Shown in pieces: positions 12,738 to 23,782 of a DNA stretch of 52,550 nt. The DNA comes from Octopus bimaculoides. Lineage: Eukaryota. Under the pieces are notes generated by a model that searched no databases, was not told the origin of the DNA, and saw nothing but the letters and a program-made list of their open reading frames with translations. Position numbers and translations under genes: made by a program. Location: assembly GCF_001194135.2 (NCBI RefSeq), contig NC_068983.1:121086740-121139289 (forward strand), in the 5' to 3' direction. Numbering within the stretch: position 1 is the stretch's first letter; each line of letters starts with the position of its first letter.

Positions 12738-12900
12738 TACACACACATACAGTATAATCTTGTGCGTTTCTCCTTAATGCAACCTGCTTTACAGAGTGTA
12801 CTAGATGCTATTTACATGGCATCAGCATTAGTGAGGTTCACCTTTTAACTGGAAAGCCTGATGAACTTTTATAATTGAAAGAAGAATGAGAGAGAGAGAG

Positions 12901-12939
<39 letters not shown>

Positions 12940-14064
12940 TTATTTAAGTCAAGGTGTCCAGATGGTGAAGTAAGATGAGAAGAACAGGTTTATTGTTGTG
13001 CAAGAAGCAATGTAAATAATGTTGGGTAGGGTGTATAGAAGAAACAGAGGAAGGAGAAGAGGTCTAATGTCTGGCTTTAATGGGCAAGCAAGTAGGGTAT
13101 AGACTAGGAGAGTGTTAGGGAGAGTTGAATAAGAGAGGTCCAATGCTATCTCATGTTATATATAAGGGTGAATATAACCAGAAGGTGAGAGAGAAAACAT
13201 GCTGCCCTCTTAGACAGGTTAGAGAACCAGATTTCTCATGTTGTTTTTTGGCATAGTTTCTATGGCTAAATGCCTTTCCTATAATGTCAGTTTATAGATA
13301 AACTAGGAATAATAAATTATTACCAGTAATGAACCAAGGTTGATCTAATTAGTTATACTCCTACCCAAAAAGGTGTAGCTACACTAGAAATCCTCAGTCA
13401 TGCTAATCATAATATATATCGTTGCTGTTATGTTAAATTGGCGTATGTCCAAATTTGGCCAAATGTGTCTTTTTCAATATTTAATTTTGCCTACAATAGC
13501 TGGTTCTTTTGGTCAAACTATCGTATTTCCAGCTGCTTCAGATGAAAAATTGTCAAAGTGAAGTATAACAGTTTAGCATTTTTCAAAGTCCCACATACAA
13601 CAGTTTTGCAAAAATGTTTCTGACTGAAAATATCATACATGCATGGAGTTATGATTTTATGCACCCAACAAAGTATTATTGTTAAACTGAAAGTGTTGCT
13701 AATGTACAAAGAAATGCAATGGCGAAACTATTTTTTCGTTTTCTGAAAAAGCAATGTTTTTGGACTTATGACACTTTTGCATAATAGCAACAAATCATCT
13801 TTGTTGAAGCTAATTGCTTTTTGTTGTATCATTGCTTATAAAATATAAATTATCAACATATCCTCAGCTGCTGAAAGATGAAGCATCATGTAGAAGAGTT
13901 TACATAGTTATGAATTCAACTATATATAAAACTGATAATGTTTATAATGGACCTATCCTGTATGACAAAGTAAAAAACTTACATGCAATATATTGTAGGT
14001 AAATATACGAAGTGAAATTTATTAAAAAGTCTCCCTTATCATCCTTCAGCTAACTATTAGTTTG

Positions 14065-14099
<35 letters not shown>

Positions 14100-14434
14100 C
14101 TACAAAATATTTAGAGGCTGGAAATAGGAGAAAGCATCATAGAGGGAGGAATTCAACTGTTAATGACTACAAAATTATTGATATCTATTGAAATAAACTA
14201 TTTCTACAGTTTCTTTCAAATAATTTGTCTCACATCACGTAATGAAGCTTTATATTTCACTTCTGTTGCTTTATCCTTTGTGCCCAGTGGGTTTGACTTA
14301 GAAATGACTCAGCTTAGAAATATAGATTTTTAGTTTAAAAACTGCCTTGTATTGTATACACATTTAAGAATAAAGTATCTGGTAATAATTTGATATCAAC
14401 TTTATTGAAACATAATATGGATGTAAATACATAT

Positions 14435-14650
14435 ATTGGTTTCAAATTTTGGTACAAGGCCAGCAATTTCGGGGGAGTGGGAAAGTCAGTTACATCAACC
14501 CCAGTGCTCTGCTGGTATTTATTTTATTAACCTCGAAAGGAGGAAAGTTAAAGTTGACCTCAGTGGAATTTGAACTCAGAACAAAAAGATAGATGAAATG
14601 TTACTAAGCATTTTGCCTGGTGTGGTAACAATTCTGACAGCACACTGCTT
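14435..14650 (-). mobile_element. Family B SINE
   Basis: ttttggtacaaggccagcaatttcggggg...gttgacctcagtggaatttgaactcagaa...taagcattttgcctgg. Confidence 0.85.
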
Positions 14651-15193
14651 TGCAATGCAAATATATATATATTGAAAACAAGTTTCATTGCTTGGATTAT
14701 TATGATCTTATAAACCTATGTACAGCTAGAGAAAAGCAAGTGGTTTAAGACATAGATTCATCTCAGTACCATTGATAGAGTATGAACCATCAACCTTCTG
14801 GACTGTAGTTTAACATATGACTTATGTAGCTGTAATTTACATCTGATAAATACCAAAAAAGTAAAAAGGAAATGAAAACAAAAAGCTAAAACCTTTTCTG
14901 AATTCTTGATTATTTTGAAAACTAATTGAAACATGAAGGTAGTCTATTCTTGTTATAAATAGGGTCAGAAGAGTCGAGCAAGTGGTTAACCTCATGATTC
15001 CTTTCTTCAGTCAAGTTTGTTTTCTCAGGAAGGGAACAATTCAACCTTTCTCCATTCATGACATGTAAATTAAAAACCCATTTCTGTGTTGTAAGCTTTA
15101 TTAACTTCTAGAGGAAGGTTAAATTATACATGCAATTTTAATTACTTCTGATTTCAGAAACAGAATCTTATCTTATTTTGATGAACTGATAAA

Positions 15194-15320
15194 AGGCAGC
15201 AAGCTGGCAGAACCACTAGCATGCTGGACAGAATGCTTTGTGGGTTCTTTATGTTTTGAGTTCAAGTTCCACTGTGGTTGGCTTTGCCTTTCATCCTTTC
15301 AGGGTCAATGCAATTAACTA
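15194..15320 (+). mobile_element. Family B SINE, 3'-truncated
   Basis: aaggcagcaagctggcagaaccactagcatgc...tttgcctttcatcctttcagggtc. Confidence 0.8.
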
Positions 15321-15440
15321 GCCACTCCCTACCCACAGAGTATCAGGTGTTGTTCCTAGAGAAGAAAGGATTTTTTTCTTATTTATTTATATTTTTGGAA
15401 TATTTCAAATAACTTGAATATCACACCATACTAAGCAAAG

Positions 15441-15765
15441 TCATGGCTGTGTGGTTAAGAAGCTCGCTTTGCAACCACATAGTTTCAGGTTCAGTCCCAC
15501 TGTGCAGCACCTTGGGCAAGTGTATTTTACTATAGTCCCAGGCTATAGGAAGATATAACTTCAGTGGTAGCCCATTGTGTATGTGTATTTGTTGTCCCTC
15601 TCACCCAAAAGTTGACAACCGGTGCTGGTTTGTTTACATGCCTGTAACTTAGCAGTTTAGCTAAAATGACTAATAGATTAAGTATCAAACTTAAAAATAT
15701 ACTGGGGTCAATTTGAGCAACTAAACCTTTCAAGGTAGTGCCCCAGTATAGCCACAAGTCAGCAT
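15441..15765 (+). mobile_element. Family A SINE
   Basis: catggctgtgtggttaagaagc...gcaccttgggcaagtg...gtgccccagtatagccac. Confidence 0.8.
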
Positions 15766-16159
15766 GTTATTAAAATTGTTTCACAACTTTTTCAGATTTC
15801 TTGTTTATTCTTCCATTGAAAAATTACTTGCAGTAATGACTTTCTATTCACACATGCTGGTCCCAAAGTCTTCTAGAGTATCTATGTCTGGTCATCAGTT
15901 ATTTACAGCAAGTCTCAAATTATTGTGTAGAATTCATTTTTGTAGTATTGACTACTTTTATCTTTTGAGTAATCAAGTTGTTTCTTACAAGGATCTTTGG
16001 GCTGTTACGTTCTTTTGGAGTTTTTCCTCTTTTCATCTTCTATCATTGAGCCAGGTCTCTTGTTGGATGACCATTATCTTTCTGGGTATATTAGTCAGAT
16101 CACATTACACTTTTTTCATTCCTCTTTCACCCTGCTGCCAATTCAATGGACTAATTTCT

Positions 16160-16177
16160 CTTTTATGTATGTGTGTG

Positions 16178-16247
<70 letters not shown>

Positions 16248-16577
16248 TATCACACACACATATATATTTATAAATAGATAGATAAATATCTATCTATCTC
16301 TATATATATTTATCTATCTGTCTATATATGTGTGTGTGTGTATAGATAAATAGATAGATAGATGTGTGTATATATATAATTCCAAGTGGCTATCTGTTTT
16401 CCTATGTGTTCGTTCCGTTGTCTATAGTTCATTTTTCTAACGTCCTGTACCCTGATATGCATCTATATACACATGTAGATGTAAGTATGTACATATATGT
16501 GGGTATACATGCATACTTATTCTTTGTATTATATATATATATATATATATGTGTACATACGTATATGCATGCATGCA

Positions 16578-16608
<31 letters not shown>

Positions 16609-16625
16609 GTATGTCTGTGTATGTG
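16160..16625. repeat. Compound microsatellite region (TA, GT, GATA/TATC, TACA)
   Basis: Directly visible tandem repeats. Confidence 0.9.
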
Positions 16626-16928
16626 TATACATGGTACAGTTGCAAGATATTTAAGAGATGTTGGAAAAGTAGCAGCTGAAAAGTATATCTTTTTCAGCTT
16701 TTTTGGCCTGTTTCCAGTCAGTGGCTCAACAACCCGTCCCCCACCCCACTAATGCCACTACCATCACCATCATCACCATATCTTTATCAGCAACACTGCC
16801 AATATCATCACACTTTTATTCAAGCTATTATCAGTCTCTTCACCATCTACATCATTATATCACCAACATCGATATCATTATTTCATCACTCACCGAAAAA
16901 CTTTTTTTTTAATAATTTAGATTATTAT

Positions 16929-17346
16929 AGGTGCGGGAGTGGCTGTGTGGTAAGTAGCTTGCTTACCAATCACATGGTTCTGAGTTCAGTCCCACTGCGT
17001 GGCACCTTGGGCAAGTGTCTTCTACTATAGCCTCGGGCCGACCAAAGCCTTGTGAGTGGATTTGGTAGACGGAAACTGAAAGAAGCCCGTCATATCTATA
17101 TATATCATCATCATCATCATCATCATCATCGNNNNNNNNNNGTGTCTGTGTTTGTCACTCCAACATCGCTTGACAACCGATGCTAGTGTGTTTACGTCCC
17201 CGTAACTTAGCGGTTTGACAAAAGAGACCGATAGAATAAGTACTAGGCTTCCAAAGAATAAGTCCTGGGGTCGATTTGTTCGACTAAAGGCGGTGCTCCA
17301 GCATGGTCGCAGTCAAATGACTGAAACAAGTAAAAGAGTAAGAGTA
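16929..17346 (+). mobile_element. Young family A SINE, with a reverse RTE-type tail and a gap at its central microsatellite
   Basis: CpGs are retained (cctcgggccgacc, ggtcgatttgttcgac). (atc)n+g at 17104-17131 immediately precedes the 10-N gap. Confidence 0.9.
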
Positions 17347-17419
17347 GAGGAAAGGGCCTTTGAAGCTTGAGGGACTGTTTTATTTATTTGTTTATTTATT
17401 ATTTTATTTTTATCTATCA

Positions 17420-17930
17420 TCTACTTTCTTCAGTCACTAGACTGAGGCCATGCTGGAGCACTGCGTTAAAGGATTTTTAGTCAAATGAATCGATCTCAGT
17501 ATTTAATTTTTTTTTTTTTTTTTTGCTTAGAAGCCTGGTACTGATCCTATCAATCTCTTTTGCAAAACCACTAAGTCATGGTGACGTAATCACAACATCA
17601 GTTGTCAAGCTGTGGAGAGGGAACAAGACAGATGCAAAGACACATATACATACAAGCACATACCTTTTGTCTTTTATCGTTTCCTTGTTTCTGTCATTAG
17701 ACTTTGGTAGCCATGCTGCGGCACTGCTTTGAAGAATTTTCAATTGAATGAATTGATCCCAGTACTTTTTTTTTTTTTGTAAAGCCTCTCACTTATTCTG
17801 TCATGTTCTTTCACTGAACCACTTAGTTACAGGGACATAAACACATCAATACCAGTTGTCTAGTAGTAGTGGTGGTGGCGGCAGTGGGGACAAAATTCAC
17901 ATGAAGACAAACTCATACACACACACACAC
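17420..17930 (-). mobile_element. Three tandem 3'-half fragments of family A SINE
   Basis: Repeated ttcagtcactagactgaggccatgctggagcac / tctgtcattagac...ccatgctgcggcac and ctcttttgcaaaaccactaag motifs. Confidence 0.75.
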
Positions 17931-17958
17931 ACACACACACACATTTTATTTTGTTTTT

Positions 17959-18133
17959 ATCATCATCATCATCGTCGTTTAACGTCTGCTTTCCATGCTA
18001 GCATGGGTTGGACGATTTGACTGAGGACTGGTGAAACCAGATGGCTACACCAGGCTCCAATCTGATTTGGCAGAGTTTCTACAGCTGGATGCCCTTCCTA
18101 ACGCCAACCACTCCGAGAGTGTAGTGGGTGCTT
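17959..18133 (-). mobile_element. Young RTE 3' end
   Basis: atcatcatcatcgtcgtttaacgtctgctttccatgctagc...gagtgtagtgggtgctt. Confidence 0.9.
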
Positions 18134-18179
18134 GATTATAACATTTGGAAGTTAGTGGTTGTAGGAAATAAGTCATCAA

Positions 18180-18460
18180 ATCAGGAATTCCAGAAGATTA
18201 ACATTCTGAGAATGAAAGATTTGGTGGGAAAAAGTAGTTAGTGTTGGAGATTTGGACGTGGTGGAGTGGGTTTTAGAATTCCACCTCCTGAATGGAGGTG
18301 GAACTATGTTCGTTATAATTCCACTCTGCTCTTGAGGTCTCTATTCCAAGAGCCATTCCAAAGAGGAAAAGTGAGGAGACAGTACTTCTGTAAGCTTGGG
18401 GTTGGAGTGTGTCATTGAGCAACTTAATGCTAATCAGGTGCTCAGTTTTTGAACATATCT
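18180..18460 (-). mobile_element. Decayed CR1-clade LINE ORF2 C-terminus
   Basis: Minus-strand translation gives KTEHLISIKLLNDTLQPQAYRSTVSSLFLF and later SFILRMLIFWNS. These resemble the CR1 C-terminal motifs IRLI..DTLQPLAHRR.VSSL.LFY and SF.PRT..LWNSLP. Confidence 0.55.
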
Positions 18461-18469
18461 GTATAAACT

Positions 18470-18615
18470 TTTCTACTATAGGCACATGGCCTGAAATATT
18501 TGAGGGAACGACTGGTTGATTACAAAAAAAAAAGGATGATGGGCAAAGTTGACTTTGGCAGAATTCGAACTCAGAGTGTAAAACTGGAAGAAATACCTCT
18601 ACGCATTTTCTCCAG
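18470..18615 (-). mobile_element. Family B SINE fragment
   Basis: ctataggcacatggcctgaaat...gggcaaagttgactttggcagaattcgaactcagag. Confidence 0.7.
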
Positions 18616-18627
18616 TGTTATTTAGTC

Positions 18628-18997
18628 ATTTACTTGTTTCAGTCATTTCACTGCTGCCATGCTGGAGCACCGTCTTTAGTGAAACAAATCAACCCCAGGA
18701 CTTATTTTTTGCAAGTACTTATTCTATCAGTCTCTTTTGCCGAACTGCTAAGTTATAGGGATGTAAACACACCAGCATTGGTTATCAAGTGATGGTGGAA
18801 AGACAAGCACAGAGACACATAAATATATATATACGATGGGTTTCTTTCAGTTTCCGTCTACCAAATCCACTCACAAGGCTTTGGTCAGTCTGAGGCTATA
18901 TTAGAAAACACTTGCCCAAAGTGCCATGCAGTGGAACTGAACCCGGAACCATGTGGTTGGGAAGCAAGCTTCTTACCACACAGCTATGCTGCACCTA
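18628..18997 (-). mobile_element. Full-length family A SINE
   Basis: Reverse tail tttacttgtttcagtcattt and reverse head cttcttaccacacagctatgctgcaccta. Confidence 0.9.
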
Positions 18998-19031
18998 TTG
19001 TGCTAACAATTCTGCTTGTTCATCACCTTAA

Positions 19032-19250
19032 CTCTTTAGCATTTAATCTGGCCATATCTGACCAGAATATTCTACCTGTTTTATGTTCAAACCAGCCAGA
19101 TCTTGTCTCTCACAGCTACCTTGCAATGTCGTTCTAAAAAGAAATAATCACATCATTGAAATCATGAAGCTATGAGATAATGAATGATTAAGTCAAACCA
19201 ATTTGAATTAATAAGCAATATATTTGACAGCATCATATGAATACTAAGGG
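19032..19250. mobile_element. piggyBac-type MITE (219 bp)
   Basis: TTAA at 19028-19031 and 19251-19254. Imperfect TIRs ctctttagcatt / aatactaaggg. Confidence 0.75.
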
Positions 19251-19359
19251 TTAAGGTGTCTGTATAATAACAGCCCTATCTCCAGGTAAGGAACAGCATC
19301 TCACTGTTGTGTTTTGTAAGTAATTGTTGGGTGTTGTATTCAGTCTCCTTACATCATTT

Positions 19360-19795
19360 CATCACCACACCTACCACTACAATTACAACCACCACAACTG
19401 CTATCACAACAACCACAACAATCACCACCACCACTACACCACAACTACCATTGCCACAACTACAACCGCCATTAGCGCAATCATGAGCACCACCACTACC
19501 ACAATCATCACCACCATTACAACCACCTCCACCACTACCACAACTTCAACCACCACAACCACCAACACGACCACAATCACCACTACATCAATTACCCCAA
19601 TCATTCACAGAGCCATTATTATTTAGTCTCTTCACCATCGACATTATATTACCACCACCATCAGCATCATTCACAAAGTTTCTTCACCATTAACACTACG
19701 TCACTACCACCACCACCAATGTCAATACCATTGACACATCATTCACCAAACCATTATCAGTATCCTTTTCACCAGTACTACCACCACCACCATTC
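19360..19795. repeat. Low-complexity (ACC/AAC/ATC)n block
   Basis: Directly visible. It explains the poly-T/H ORF. Confidence 0.9.
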
Positions 19796-19949
19796 ACTTC
19801 TTTTCTCTTTTAACTATATTTCTACTTTAAATATATAATCAATTAAAATCTGGATCAAAGCTGTAATAAGTGTGATTGTGAATGTGTGGGTGGAGGAGCT
19901 AGTTGGGAAATTTGTTTTCATACTTTGTAGCAGCTGGTGATAGCATCAT

Positions 19950-20230
19950 AGTGATGGTAGGAGTAGATGTGGTGGTGGTGGTGGTGATAATGGCATTGGT
20001 AGTGGTGTTGGTGAAGGCAATAGGAATAGTAATGGTCATTGTAATAGAGTAGTAGTTATGTTATTGATAATAGTGGTAGTAGTGAGAGCAATCAGTCATG
20101 ATGGTCATAGTAGGGGAATAGTAGGGTTGGAGGTGGTTATAGTGGTTGTCATTGTCATTATCATAGTATGGTGATGATAGTAGTGCAAGTGTTTGTCATG
20201 GTAGTGACAGTGGTTGAGTTAGTGGTTATA
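19950..20230. repeat. Low-complexity (GGT/GAT/AGT)n block
   Basis: Directly visible. Confidence 0.85.
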
Positions 20231-20695
20231 GTATTGATTCAGAAAGGACTAAGTTTTTTTCTTTCATTTTTGCTTTTCATTTTTAGTTCAGTATTGTTTG
20301 GTTTGTTGAATATAACATAGGTGTGAGAAGGTGTAATGTCTATGCTGTTTTATTAAACCACAGGTCAACCCTAAAGGGGCAGACAGATCTATGAGCAGTG
20401 CCTATTTCAGCCATACCCAGATTAACATTATCCGCTGTGTCCATCCGGAACACAATAGGGAAATGGCTGAAGAAGAGTCAGATGATATTTATATTAGTTT
20501 ATGTAGAGGAAGCTCTCTTATGTTATTGTTGGTGTTGTTTACCCCCTGTCCAGTTTTGGTCAAGAAATAAAAAAAAATATTCCAGACTTGACCATCCTGT
20601 GTTTATTTTAATAAGGTGTATCTTAAGATTACATTATATAATGAGTGCTATTTCAGCTTGTGGTCGATCTGGCCATTTACATTCTAGCATGCAGT

Positions 20696-20775
20696 CTAAC
20701 CCTAACTCTTAACCTAAGCCCAAGACCATAACCTAATCTTAACCCTAACCTTTCATCCTAATCCTAATCATAACT
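20696..20775. repeat. Degenerate telomere-like (CCCTAA)n tract
   Basis: taaccctaactcttaacctaagccc...taaccctaacctttcatcctaatcctaatcataac, with an approximate 6-bp period. Confidence 0.6.
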
Positions 20776-20894
20776 CAGACAGATCAAGTTATTTCATAGT
20801 GTAGTCTAAAGATGCTGCAGTAGACCACATGTTAATGTAGCACCATGCAATATGTTCTTTTCTGAGAAAAAAATCTGTAGGTTATGATTTAGAA

Positions 20895-21436
20895 AAGGTT
20901 TCTATAGCTGGACGCCCTACCTAACACCAACCACTCCAAGAGTGTAGTGGGTACTTTTTATGTGCCACCGGCACAGGAGCCAATCAGGCAGAACTTGCAT
21001 TGGCCACACTCAAATGGTGCTTTTTACATTCCACTGGCACAGGTGCCAGTCAGGTAGCACTGGCATCAGCCATGACTACAATTTCACTTGGTTCAACAGG
21101 TCTTCACAAGCATGGCACATTGCCTGACGATTGAAGGGTGCTTTTGAATGGGCCAGTTATGTGACATTGGCATCAGCCATGACTACGATCTCACTTGACT
21201 TGCCAGGTCTTCTCAAGTACAGCATATCTCCAAAGATCTCGGTCACTTGACATTGCCTCTGTAAGGCCCAGCGTTCAAAGGTCATGCTTCACCACCTCAT
21301 CCCGGGTGTTCCTGAGTCTACCTCTCCCACAGGTTTCCTCCACTGTTAGGGTGTGATACTTCTTCACACAGCTGTCCTGATCTATATGCAACACATTACC
21401 ATACCAACACAGTCATCTCTCTTTCACACCACATCT
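20895..21436 (-). mobile_element. RTE LINE fragment: ORF2 C-terminus (21191-21436) plus partial 3' UTR
   Basis: Reads RCGVKER*LCWYGNVLHIDQDSCVKKYHTLTVEETCGRGRLRNTRDEVVKHDL*TLGLTEAMSSDRDLWRYAVLEKTWQVK*. This matches the RTE motifs RLRWYGHV and GRGRP.KTW. It has two premature TGA stops and no frameshift. Confidence 0.92.
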
Positions 21437-21443
21437 GTGCATA

Positions 21444-21495
<52 letters not shown>

Positions 21496-22575
21496 CTTAC
21501 ACATATTGTCATGTGTGTATGTGTATTTATAAACTGTAATAAAGTGTATAGGTTGCTTTAGATCACTAAACAGTCTTTTAGTATCTGAGAGAAGCCAGAT
21601 TAGTGACAAGTTAATGAGGCAGTATGTTTAGGTTGTTGTTTGTCAGGGAAATTAACTTGGAGCAAGTTAGCAGCAATGATAATGATACTTCATTATCACA
21701 GGAAACAATACACAAAAATAAATAATGACCAAGAGAATAGTACTAATATATAATTTGTTGTCACTGATAGTAGGAATTACTGGATTGTCCAGGCAAGAGA
21801 TGATTAATCAGGTTGTCAGAAAGAAGATAATGAAAAGATTAAATTAACCTCTAGTTGCTGTGGAAAGTCTATTTTTTTATTAAGCTTCACATTGACAAAA
21901 CAAAATTTTGGGAGATTTTTGCTTTACAACACAGGGGATGTAGTTATAAGATGGATTAAAGGAGAACTGAACACATACATGCACATATGCTCATGCACAT
22001 TCATATTTCTAAATGTGCTACTGAAGCAGCTGCATCGTCAAATTAGCAGTGATGGCAATTGAGAGTCTCTGTCTCCTCCTGTTGCAATGCTCGTTATCAT
22101 TATCACTTATCTATCATTACCTCTCTTTTTGTATATGGTTTAATGTGCAGCAGATAATGGGTGTATTTACCATTAGATAATGTATGTGTGTTATCATAGT
22201 TTGCAACAGGAATGGTTGATCAAAACTGAGGATCAATCATAAATTCTTACATTCTCTCAATTACCCCTAATTTAGATTGCCTCATGGTCCCAGCAAACAA
22301 AATGGTAAAAAGTGTTGCTCTGGAGGATGGTGAGGGAGTTTGTTGCAACAGCCACTCCGACTCATGGGTCCCCCCCTCTCTCTCTGCTGTTGTACTATGG
22401 TAGAAAGAATGCAGGATTTCCTTTGCATACTAATGACATGCACCACCATTTAGCAAAGATCAACTCACTGCACAAAAGCATTGAGTTGACTTTATGTTCT
22501 GGGGTGGACAAAGGCAATTTCTTTCAAACCTCACCATCTCCATCACATCATCATTATCATCACCATTGTCATCAT

Positions 22576-22865
22576 CAGTGGTGGACTGGGTCTAAAAATA
22601 TTGGTTGCCAGGAGACTAAGAGTGCCCACCCGCAACTACAATGCTATCATTAATTTTTTTTTTTTTGTTTTTGTTAAAAGTATTCTTTTCAACTGTCTAC
22701 AAACACAACTAGGCTGAAATAATTAATGCATTCTTCCAGGAGTGAATAAAAAATTCTCAAACTTGAGGGATGGGCCCCTAAGATATTAATATACAGGCCC
22801 CCATATAATGGTGCAGAGGCCCACTTACCATCGGGCAAGCTGGCAACCTGGCCAGTCTGCCACTG
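22576..22865. mobile_element. hAT-superfamily MITE (290 bp)
   Basis: TIRs cagtggtggactgg / ccagtctgccactg. Exact 8-bp TSD gtcatcat at 22568-22575 and 22866-22873. Subterminal inverted ggttgccag / ctggcaacc. Confidence 0.88.
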
Positions 22866-23368
22866 GTCATCATCATTGTCATGTGTCTATCTTAAATCAT
22901 TTTCTCTCCTTCAACCTCAAATCTTTCTGACAGTTTTTATTACTTTCTTTCTCCAGTCTGGTCTGATGTCATGTTACAATGGTGTACACTGCTAAGTCAG
23001 ATGAGCAGCCTCAAGAATGTCAAACAATTCAATAATACTAATACGTTTAGAAGCATCCATAGTACAAAAATCAATAGATATTTTCCTAGTAAACTGATCA
23101 ATAACATCATGAAATTGTATATGCATTTATTCATCAGTTTTTAAAATTTATTTTTTCCATCAGAACTTCAAAAGCTTTTTCATAATGGCATCAGTTTGGT
23201 GGGTCTGTTTGACCAGTTCATTTCATTTGCTTGCATTATCTACAACAACACCAATTTCATGTGGGCTATTTTTAGTTTCCTTCGAAACAAACACATAACG
23301 GAGCACTCAGCTGGAATTTGAAAGGCACAAGGTTCACTTCTCTGTAGAGGCTTGCTGGCTACATTTTA

Positions 23369-23782
23369 TAGGCACAGGTGTGTCTGTGTGGTAAGAAGTT
23401 TGCTTCCTAACCACATGGTTCTGGGTTCAGTCACACTGCATGGCACCTTGGGCAAGTGTCATCTACTGTAGCCTCAGGCTGACCAAAGCCTTGTGAGTCG
23501 ATTTAATAGACAGAAACTGAAAGAAGTGCATCATGTATATATAGATGTGTGTGTGTGTGTGTATCTTTGTGTCTGTATTTATGCCCCACCTCCTCTTGAC
23601 AACTGGTGTTGGTGTGTTTATATCCTTGTAACTTAGTAGTCCAGCAAAGAGACCCATAGAAGATGTACCAGGCTTAAAGAATTAAGTGTTGGGGTTGATT
23701 TATTTGAATAAAATTCTTCAATGCAGTGCTCCAGCATGACTGCAGTCTAATGAATGAAACAAGTAAAAGATGAGATAAAAGA
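23369..23782 (+). mobile_element. Full-length family A SINE
   Basis: ggcacaggtgtgtctgtgtggtaagaag ... gaatgaaacaagtaaaagatgagataaaaga. Confidence 0.9.

Noticed and set aside
13420-14060. Possible non-autonomous DNA transposon or exon (ORF 13814-14002)
   Set aside because: No matching TIR pair, TSD, recognisable peptide or convincing splice-site pair.
15820-16160. Possible upstream R4/Dong ORF relic on the minus strand (QKNVTAQRS...PDIDTLEDFGTSMCE)
   Set aside because: The resemblance is weak, with many stops and frameshifts. It cannot be supported without a profile search.
22470-22530. HKSIELTLCSGVDKG resembling PKC C1A (HKRCHEF...CPGADKG)
   Set aside because: The spacing is wrong, the Cys ligand is missing and there are no splice sites. 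It is more likely a decayed family B SINE core (ggggt.gacaaa).
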